Positions 58,082 through 64,000 of a stretch of DNA of 64,000 nt are shown piece after piece; the stretch's first letter is position 1; every line of letters begins with the position of its first letter. Below the pieces are notes generated by a model, which saw only the letters and a program-made list of their open reading frames with translations, was not told where the DNA came from and ran no database searches. This stretch comes from an uncultured Candidatus Saccharibacteria bacterium. Lineage in GTDB: Bacteria > Patescibacteriota > Minisyncoccia > Phycocordibacterales > JACOZG01. The DNA lies in the NCBI GenBank assembly GCA_964651115.1, contig CAZYXJ010000001.1, positions 42,273 through 106,272 of the forward strand, read 5' to 3'. The translations under genes were made by a program, and so were the position numbers.

Positions 58082-59158
58082 CTATTCTTCCCGCTGAGGA
58101 GCATCGACCAACTCCAGGGCCAAGCCGGGCGCCGCGCCCGAGATCCGCATCACGTCCTTGTCGATTTTTTTAAGCTCCTTACTGCCGTTATTAAAATGAT
58201 TAACCACGGTGCCCAGCGAGTTGCCTAATTTAAGGTGGTACTCCTCGTAGGCCTTGAGGTGCTTACCAAGCTCGGCCACGCGCTTAACAATCTCTTGCGC
58301 CTTCTCCTCAATCTTCATCGCGTTTAAGCCCTGCAGCACCGTTTGCAAATAAGCCAGGAAGGAAGTTGGCGAAACGATAATGACGTGATACTTACTGGCC
58401 GCGCGCTGGATCAAATTTTCCGTATCATCCTTTAGTGCGCCGACGGTGTTGACCAAGAGATCGTAATAAATGGCCTCATGCGGAATAAACATAAAGGCAA
58501 ACTCAAGCGTCCCCCGCTCCGGCTGGATATACTTGGCCGTCTCCTGGATCCGCAGCTTAAGATCGCTCACGAACAATTTTTCTAATCGTTCGCGCTCGGC
58601 TGGCTCGCGCTCGGCCACCAAGCGATTATAGTTCTCCAGCGAAAATTTGGAGTCCACGGGAATAATCTTGTCGCGCACAAACACCGCCGCGTCCACAATC
58701 GTGCCGTCGGGAAAGGGGTACTGCATCTGGAAGGAGCCGGGTGGGAGCACATTTTTTAGCAAAGTTTCTAAATAATACTCGCCCAAGATCCCCCGCTGTT
58801 TGGGATTTTTTAAAATATCTTGCAGATCGCGAAGCTGTTCGGTAAAGTTCATCACCTGCTTTTGCCCCTCACCCACTCGCGCCAGCTCGCTGGTGATCTC
58901 GCGAATAATTTTGGTTGATTCGGAAAACTGGCTCCGCAAAGAATCCTGCATCCAGCGACTAGATTCGGTGAGCTTGCCATCCATCAAGCGGCCAAACTCA
59001 CTTATCGCCCGCGCCTGCTCGGCCAACTGGCTCTGGATCAAGAGAAGGCCCTGATCGTTGCCAGGCGCCGGGGCCTCTTTTTGGCGACGCAGGAGCCAGA
59101 CGATGACGCCAACGGCCGCCACCAAGAGCCCGATCAAAACATAAAAGCTTGCCTCCAT
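58082..59158 (-). CDS. rmuC: DNA recombination protein RmuC
   Basis: N-terminal TM segment, long coiled coil and the RmuC C-terminal domain (FAFMFIPHEAIYYDLL...HVIIVSPTSFLAYLQ). Confidence 0.85.
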   Translation of the reverse strand: MEASFYVLIGLLVAAVGVIVWLLRRQKEAPAPGNDQGLLLIQSQLAEQARAISEFGRLMDGKLTESSRWMQDSLRSQFSESTKIIREITSELARVGEGQKQVMNFTEQLRDLQDILKNPKQRGILGEYYLETLLKNVLPPGSFQMQYPFPDGTIVDAAVFVRDKIIPVDSKFSLENYNRLVAEREPAERERLEKLFVSDLKLRIQETAKYIQPERGTLEFAFMFIPHEAIYYDLLVNTVGALKDDTENLIQRAASKYHVIIVSPTSFLAYLQTVLQGLNAMKIEEKAQEIVKRVAELGKHLKAYEEYHLKLGNSLGTVVNHFNNGSKELKKIDKDVMRISGAAPGLALELVDAPQREE

Positions 59159-59237
59159 TGCCCTCTATCGTACCACGCGTCCGGTCCCCCACCAACGGTT
59201 GCGAACGAATAAAAATATGGTACCATTACTGCCGAAC

Positions 59238-59277
59238 GGCCCTATCGTCCCTGCCTGCGCAGGCAGGTAATGGCTAG
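59238..59277 (+). other. tRNA-Glu 5' fragment copy interrupted by a perfect 18 bp palindrome
   Basis: GGCCCTATCGTC, then CCTGCCTGCGCAGGCAGG, then TAATGGCTAG. The two flanks are identical to nt 1-12 and 13-22 of the downstream tRNA, with the palindrome inserted between them. Confidence 0.45.
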
Positions 59278-59323
59278 TGATGTTCCGGATAAAACAAAAA
59301 GAATCGTTTCGTAAATAACATAA

Positions 59324-59398
59324 GGCCCTATCGTCTAATGGCTAGGACATCACCCTCTCACGGTGGTAATCGGGGTTCGACTCCCCGTAGGGTCACCA
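59324..59398 (+). tRNA. tRNA-Glu (anticodon CUC), CCA encoded
   Basis: Manual cloverleaf: acceptor GGCCCTA/TAGGGTC, D-arm GTCT..GGAC, anticodon stem TCACC/GGTGG with loop CTCTCAC, T-arm CGGGG-TTCGACT-CCCCG, discriminator A and CCA. Confidence 0.7.
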
Positions 59399-59438
59399 AG
59401 TCGTGCTGAGTCTGTATGCACGAGAAGCGTCGAAAAAT

Positions 59439-59945
59439 ATGGAACAAATTCTCAAGTTAAATCCAAGCAATATCACCGATGAAGCGTCTGCCCGCCTAAA
59501 AACAAGGTTCGCTTCTAGGGGTGTTGTTTTTGACGGGGATAAAAATGTAGCTCTTCTGCCAGTAACGGCTCATAACTATTACAAACTTCCTGGCGGCGTG
59601 ATAGAAGATGGTGAGGATAAGGTGGAAGCTTTTCGCCGAGAATGTTTGGAGGAAATCGGTACGGATGTGGATGTAATCCAGGAACTCGGTTCAGTGGTGG
59701 AATATCGGGCAGAATTTTCTCTGGTTCAAACATCCTACTGCTATGTCGGCAAAATAAAAGGTGAAAAACATAAAGCTACATTTACTCAACACGAGCTAGA
59801 TAGTGGTTTTCGAGATGCAATTTGGCTACCACTGGAGAAAGCTATTGAGCTCATGGAAAGTCAGGCCGATAATCATGAGGGCAAATATGTTGTTGAGAGA
59901 GATACTTTCTTACTGAAAAAAGTTGGGGCCTTAAAAACTATCTAG
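59439..59945 (+). CDS. NUDIX hydrolase
   Basis: Nudix box GGVIEDGEDKVEAFRRECLEEIG (Gx5Ex7REUxEExGU). Start probably the ATG at 59439 (MEQILK). The ORF track opens at the GTG at 59403. Confidence 0.72.
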   Translation: MEQILKLNPSNITDEASARLKTRFASRGVVFDGDKNVALLPVTAHNYYKLPGGVIEDGEDKVEAFRRECLEEIGTDVDVIQELGSVVEYRAEFSLVQTSYCYVGKIKGEKHKATFTQHELDSGFRDAIWLPLEKAIELMESQADNHEGKYVVERDTFLLKKVGALKTI

Positions 59946-59950
59946 CCAAA

Positions 59951-59995
59951 AACCCCCTGATCAACACTCGGTGTTGATCAGGGGGGGGGGGTGAC
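59951..59995 (-). repeat. dispersed palindromic element copy 2 (inverted) with G11 tract
   Basis: CCCCCTGATCAACAC-TCG-GTGTTGATCAGGGGG followed by G-run 59981-59991. It is the reverse complement of copy 1 (38319-38366), including the 11-nt homopolymer. Confidence 0.65.
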
Positions 59996-60065
59996 AGGGG
60001 TTCTTAAAAAAAATTAGGGGGCGCTCGAGAAGCATAATTAATGGCTTTTCTGCTATCATACTATT

Positions 60066-60608
60066 ATGAATAGCTCAGTCATCGTTCTAAACGGTCCAAT
60101 GTGTGCAGGAAAAAGCACGATCACAAAGCTACTGATGCAGAATAATAATGTTTTTCGTGGTTCTTATGATGCAGTTAAGTGGCTTATAAGTAACTATTCT
60201 GCCGACAATGAAAATCATAGAAGAATTGCAAAAGAAGTAATTTTCAGTGCAATAACTACTGCTATTGAATCTGGTTTATCTATTGTTATAGATGGCGGTT
60301 TTGCAGATTTTAGAAACAGATACAAAGAACTTGCTCAAAAGTTTAATTTTGAGTATATAAGTCTAAATATTGAGGCGCCTATCAAAGTTTTAGAAAAAAG
60401 ATTCTTGGAACGAGTTAATTCCGCTAACCAAGTAAATAGTAAGACTATCAGTGTAACAACGCTAGAAGGTTTTTATTCTCGATATCAATGGTATTTGAGT
60501 ACCAACAAAGATTTTGATGGAATTACCTTTGATTCGAGTAAATTAACAGCAGAAGAGATTGTTACCGAAATTATAAAATTAACCAAAGTCCGCCACATGG
60601 CGGGCTAG
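60066..60608 (+). CDS. P-loop kinase, chloramphenicol phosphotransferase (CPT)/zeta-toxin-like
   Basis: VIVLNGPMCAGKSTI resembles the CPT N-terminus IILNGGSSAGKS. About 180 aa, similar in size to CPT. Very low GC, about 35%. Confidence 0.6.
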   Translation: MNSSVIVLNGPMCAGKSTITKLLMQNNNVFRGSYDAVKWLISNYSADNENHRRIAKEVIFSAITTAIESGLSIVIDGGFADFRNRYKELAQKFNFEYISLNIEAPIKVLEKRFLERVNSANQVNSKTISVTTLEGFYSRYQWYLSTNKDFDGITFDSSKLTAEEIVTEIIKLTKVRHMAG

Positions 60609-60648
60609 GTAGGGTCGCGAGTCGAGTGAACACGCGAGAACTTGTGAC

Positions 60649-60667
60649 CGACTCCCCGTAGGGTCAC
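60649..60667 (+). repeat. direct repeat of tRNA-Glu 3' end (attR-like)
   Basis: CGACTCCCCGTAGGGTCAC is identical to tRNA positions 59376-59394. A second GTAGGGTC motif lies at 60609-60616. Confidence 0.6.
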
Positions 60668-60829
60668 AAAGTCCTTGAGCTTGACAAATACTTAAAATAT
60701 AACATACTTATTAGGATTCCTTAGCTTGTTGCTAGGGAAAATTAACAAACGTCTCTGGGGGTCCGCCCCCTCGTCCGGTCCGCCGGAGACAAAGAGACCA
60801 ACGCGCCTCCGTGGTGCAAGGAGCTTGAG

Positions 60830-61426
60830 ATGTCGAATGTAACTTGGGTCGCCTGCGGTCTGGTTGCCGCGAGCATGATCCTGGCGAAGGTCTGGTCAAA
60901 AGTAGCGTCCAGGCGCTTCTTGAAACGTAAATCTTCGTTTTCCTCGGTGCTCAGGTGCGCCGAGGACATGGGCTTCGGGAACCTCTCCCGAGTCCTTCAA
61001 CGCCTCCGGATTATCAAGGTGTTCGAAAGCGGAGAGGGCAATCTTCGAGTCGAGATAAACACTCGACTCCTCTCAACCAAGAGAAGGGGTTTATACTTGG
61101 TTGACAACGACCTGGCATTGATATCGCTCGGTTCGATTCTCCACGCCCGCCCAGACGATGAAGCGCTCTGGCAACAGGTTGCCAGCTTTATCGTCGACGA
61201 GAGTCACAGGTGTCCCAAAAATAGGACGCTGGCGATAGAGACAATGATCTCTTTGCTGGCGCGGCGACACAACGAGATCTTCGAGCCAATGAAAACTCGG
61301 TGCAAAGACCTCGTGAGCGCGCACCAGATGATCGACCGGGCACGGGAAACGGCTCACCAAATCCGGCGAGCTGGCGGTGACCCGGACGGGTGTGCCGTTG
61401 AACTCCGAGACGACGTGCTGGCCTAA
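60830..61426 (+). CDS. hypothetical protein
   Basis: 198 aa, high GC. RBS AAGGAG lies 6 nt before the ATG and is preceded by a GC-rich structured leader (GGGGG-TCCG-CCCCC). No family recognised. Confidence 0.5.
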   Translation: MSNVTWVACGLVAASMILAKVWSKVASRRFLKRKSSFSSVLRCAEDMGFGNLSRVLQRLRIIKVFESGEGNLRVEINTRLLSTKRRGLYLVDNDLALISLGSILHARPDDEALWQQVASFIVDESHRCPKNRTLAIETMISLLARRHNEIFEPMKTRCKDLVSAHQMIDRARETAHQIRRAGGDPDGCAVELRDDVLA

Positions 61427-61437
61427 ACCGCCAGCAC

Positions 61438-61492
61438 CACCCCTGAAAAAAGCACTCGCTTTTTTCAGGGGTGCTTTTTTGTTTTATTTTTT
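61438..61492. terminator. strong hairpin terminator between convergent genes
   Basis: CACCCCTGAAAAAA-GCACTCGC-TTTTTTCAGGGGTG (14 bp stem) followed by CTTTTTTGTTTTATTTTTT. Confidence 0.8.
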
Positions 61493-61495
61493 AAA

Positions 61496-62791
61496 TTACC
61501 GCTTCTTCCACTCGGGGTCTTGGCGGACGAGGAGTTCGGCGGCGCGGGCGGGTTCGGCCATGATCTCCTCCACCACTTTTTCTAGACGAATGGATTGTGA
61601 CCCCTTAACTAGCACGATATCACCCGGCTGGAGCAAGGCCTGCAACTTCTCCCCCACCCCCTGCCACGTATCAAAATGGAGCATCTGCTTCTTAAGCATT
61701 TTATGTTGATGAGCGGCCTCGGCCAAAAATTTGGTTCTCATCCCCACCGTAATTAAAAAATCTATTTTAGCGGCGGCCACTTGTTCTCCGGCCCGCCGAT
61801 GCGCCTCGATCGTCAGCGGTCCAAGCTCCAACATATCACCCAAAACAGCCAAGCGCCGACCAGACGCACCCATTTTAGAAAAAGTTTCGATTGCGGCCTC
61901 AAGCGCCGCGGGTGAAGAATTGTAACTATCATCCACGATCAAGGTCTCTTTAATCCCCGGAATCAACCGAAAACGGCCCGGTGGAGTTTCTAGATAAGCC
62001 AGCGATTCGGCAATTTCGACTAAATTAAGACCAACAAACTGGCCCACCGCGACGGCCGCCATCACGCCATACAACTGATGAGGCGCGGCCAGACCCCTAA
62101 TCCGCACTGGTAAATTGTGCCCAGCGGTGGCCAGCTTAAAACTTAATCCCTTGAGCACCCCCTCTTCCATCAAGGACTCTGGATGCTCGCCCCGGATAGT
62201 TAGTCCCTGGCCAAAGCCGTAAGTCACCACCGGAGCCGCCAGACCTCGTGAGCGCGCCATAATCCGCTCATCGTCACCGTTTAAAATTACCTGCCCCGCG
62301 GCCGGGACGGCGCGAGCTAATTTCATCTTCTCCTCGGCCACCTCTTCGGGTGACGAAAAATATTCCACGTGGACCGGCACTTCGGGCAAGCGGGTAACAA
62401 TCGCGACATCAAATTTAACCCAACTAGTAATCCAATCAATGTCGCCGGGCTGTTCCACCCCCACCTCCAACACCAACCACTCCGGGTAAGGACTTTTAAA
62501 CAAAATGAGACTGGCTCCCTCCACAATATTTTTTAACCACCCCGACAAACTCCACCACGCATTAGGCAAATTTAAAATCGTCAGCGGCACACCCAACTCT
62601 CCGTTGAAACTTTTGGCGCTTTGCCGGACCTGGTAACGCGAACGAAGCACGGCGGCCACCGCCTCTTTTGTCCCCGTCTTGCCGACACTACCAGTAATCC
62701 CCACAATTTTGGGGCGATATTTACGGAGAACCAACTTGGCCTCCCAACGAATAATGGCGATAACAATCGAGCGTAAAAAGTGGCGAGCCAT
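61496..62791 (-). CDS. murF: UDP-N-acetylmuramoyl-tripeptide--D-alanyl-D-alanine ligase
   Basis: Mur ligase P-loop GITGSVGKTGTKE, central and C-terminal Mur ligase domains. Confidence 0.88.
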   Translation of the reverse strand: MARHFLRSIVIAIIRWEAKLVLRKYRPKIVGITGSVGKTGTKEAVAAVLRSRYQVRQSAKSFNGELGVPLTILNLPNAWWSLSGWLKNIVEGASLILFKSPYPEWLVLEVGVEQPGDIDWITSWVKFDVAIVTRLPEVPVHVEYFSSPEEVAEEKMKLARAVPAAGQVILNGDDERIMARSRGLAAPVVTYGFGQGLTIRGEHPESLMEEGVLKGLSFKLATAGHNLPVRIRGLAAPHQLYGVMAAVAVGQFVGLNLVEIAESLAYLETPPGRFRLIPGIKETLIVDDSYNSSPAALEAAIETFSKMGASGRRLAVLGDMLELGPLTIEAHRRAGEQVAAAKIDFLITVGMRTKFLAEAAHQHKMLKKQMLHFDTWQGVGEKLQALLQPGDIVLVKGSQSIRLEKVVEEIMAEPARAAELLVRQDPEWKKR

Positions 62792-62801
62792 CGTAAAAAG
62801 A

Positions 62802-64000
62802 TTAGCGGTCCGGGGGCACTTGATAATAGTTTATCAAAAAGTTGGTCAGATTCATAAACGGCTGAGTGAGGGTCTCGGAAGCGTACTGCACCCCCTGGGG
62901 GTAAACCACATACAAAAAGGTTAAGAAGCGTGGCGCCGAAGCCGGAAAGTAACCAAAGAAGGAATGGAGGTAACGATCGGCATAGTAACCACCAGCCGGA
63001 TTAGCCATTTGGGCCGTTCCGGTTTTGGCCGCCACCTGATAATGTTCGAGCTTGGCCTTGCCGCCCGCCAACGACTCATCCACCACGCGCACCAACATCC
63101 GACTAATTTCGGCACTGGTCTCGGGCCGCAAAACGGTTCGGCCCGGTAGCGGAGTAACCTCGCTCGACAACCGACTATTGTAACGATCAAACCGCGCCAC
63201 GACGTACGGGGTCACCAACTTACCGCCGTTCGCCAACACCGCCAAAGCTCGCGCCATGGCAATGGGAGTGACGGCAATCCCCTGCCCAAAAGAGGCCGTG
63301 GCGTACTCAACCTCGCGCGGACTAGCTAAGTTTTTTAACAAGCCCGTGCCCTCGCTCGGTAAATCGATCCCCGTCTTTTCGTTTAAACCATAACCATAAA
63401 AATAATCGCGAAATTTGGACTTACCCAAACTCTGCATCGCAAAAACCGCTCCCGTATTTAGCGACTGATTAAGTACTTGCTGCATCGACACGGTGCCATG
63501 ACTTTTACCATCATGATTCATGATCGGACGACCATCAATCACCAAGCGACCGGTGTCGACGTAGGTGGTGTCGGCCGTAATCGTCCCGGCATCCAAGGCG
63601 GCCGCCACCGTAAGCGGCTTAATAATCGAACCCATTTCGTAAACCTTGCTCACCAGAGGGTTGGTGAGAATCGAGATATCGCTCTGGCGGCCGCCGGGAT
63701 CAAAGCTGGGCGCCGCCGCCATCGCCACCACCGCGCCGGTGGTTGGCTCCAGCACGATACCACCAACTTCGGCGGCGGCATAACGCTCGCGCACCAAGGC
63801 TAATTCCTTTTCTAAATTAAGCTGGACCTCCGGCTCAATCGTCAGCACTAAATCGGCCTCGGTTTGCGTCAGTTGGCCAGAGGCCGTCCCGCGGATCTCC
63901 GCAAAAGCCCGGCCCAAAAAATTAAGAAAAGTTTGGGTCGGATCACGCTCCAAAATTTGGTTATACTGCCGCTCTAAACCATAACGTCCGGTGCGCGTGT
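62802..64000 (-). CDS. ftsI: penicillin-binding protein transpeptidase (FtsI/PBP2-like), 5' partial
   Basis: Transpeptidase motifs SxN (SLNTGA) and KTG (AKTGTAQ). The frame continues past the window end. Confidence 0.82.
   Translation of the reverse strand, partial: TRTGRYGLERQYNQILERDPTQTFLNFLGRAFAEIRGTASGQLTQTEADLVLTIEPEVQLNLEKELALVRERYAAAEVGGIVLEPTTGAVVAMAAAPSFDPGGRQSDISILTNPLVSKVYEMGSIIKPLTVAAALDAGTITADTTYVDTGRLVIDGRPIMNHDGKSHGTVSMQQVLNQSLNTGAVFAMQSLGKSKFRDYFYGYGLNEKTGIDLPSEGTGLLKNLASPREVEYATASFGQGIAVTPIAMARALAVLANGGKLVTPYVVARFDRYNSRLSSEVTPLPGRTVLRPETSAEISRMLVRVVDESLAGGKAKLEHYQVAAKTGTAQMANPAGGYYADRYLHSFFGYFPASAPRFLTFLYVVYPQGVQYASETLTQPFMNLTNFLINYYQVPPDR

Larger units (their letters stand above)
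59399..60667 (+). mobile_element. tRNA-Glu-associated mini genomic island (integration footprint, no integrase)
   Basis: Bounded by the tRNA 3' end and a 19 bp direct repeat of it (CGACTCCCCGTAGGGTCAC at 60649-60667). The interior is AT-rich (NUDIX about 45% GC, kinase about 35% GC against about 58% in flanking genes). It also contains copy 2 of the palindromic element. Confidence 0.45.

Noticed and set aside
57903-58097. 64 aa plus-strand ORF in the SDR-rmuC intergenic region
   Set aside because: It has no RBS, its Arg/Pro-rich sequence is improbable, and it overlaps the hairpin-rich segment. It is more plausibly non-coding structured RNA.
1-64000. CRISPR arrays, rRNA genes, integrase or transposase genes, CIRCE heat-shock operators
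   Set aside because: No regularly spaced direct repeats, no rRNA-like stretches, and no tyrosine or serine recombinase or DDE transposase motifs were seen in any frame. The only dispersed repeats are the 2-copy palindromic element and the tRNA-derived fragments.

Overview
This 64 kb window looks like part of a small, reduced bacterial chromosome. The gene content and short protein lengths resemble Patescibacteria/CPR-like genomes, but that placement is an inference from the sequence alone. Core genes run at roughly 55-60% GC and include the following.

- Aminoacyl-tRNA synthetases: leuS, alaS, trpS, aspS, gltX and cysS. Several are shorter than typical bacterial versions (AlaRS is about 606 aa without a C-Ala domain, AspRS about 465 aa without the GAD insertion, GluRS 431 aa).
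- A ribosomal and RNA polymerase cluster: infA, rpmJ, rpsM, rpsK, rpsD, rpoA, rplQ, rplM and rpsI, followed by grpE, dnaK and dnaJ. Also rpmA, rplI and rplU elsewhere.
- Cell-wall genes: mltG, mraY, ftsW, murG, murF, ftsI (partial), two M23 peptidases, an S41 protease and a small transglycosylase-like protein.
- Other housekeeping genes: scpA, scpB, dnaB, recR, rmuC, mnmA, an ABC-F ATPase, an M16 peptidase, ABC transporters, a ZIP transporter and a CorA transporter.

Several lower-GC accessory segments interrupt this core.

- 5.6-7.9 kb: a sigma-70 region-4 + HARE-HTH protein and an uncharacterised membrane protein.
- 12.0-12.9 kb: an acidic hypothetical protein.
- 27.6-32.9 kb: an orphan PurD-like ATP-grasp enzyme, an EamA transporter, a SET-domain methyltransferase and an orphan histidine kinase.
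- 46.9-48.0 kb: small proteins and a transglycosylase-like gene behind a consensus promoter.
- 59.2-60.7 kb: a tRNA-Glu-associated mini-island. Its cargo is AT-rich (a NUDIX hydrolase at about 45% GC and a CPT/zeta-like P-loop kinase at about 35% GC). It is bounded by the tRNA and a 19 bp direct repeat of the tRNA 3' end.

A 31 bp palindrome carrying an 11-nt C/G homopolymer tract occurs twice in inverted orientation, about 21.6 kb apart. A 5' fragment of the tRNA with an inserted perfect 18 bp palindrome lies just upstream of the intact tRNA. The window begins inside a cluster of secreted and Cys-rich proteins.

No CRISPR array, rRNA gene or integrase was seen.
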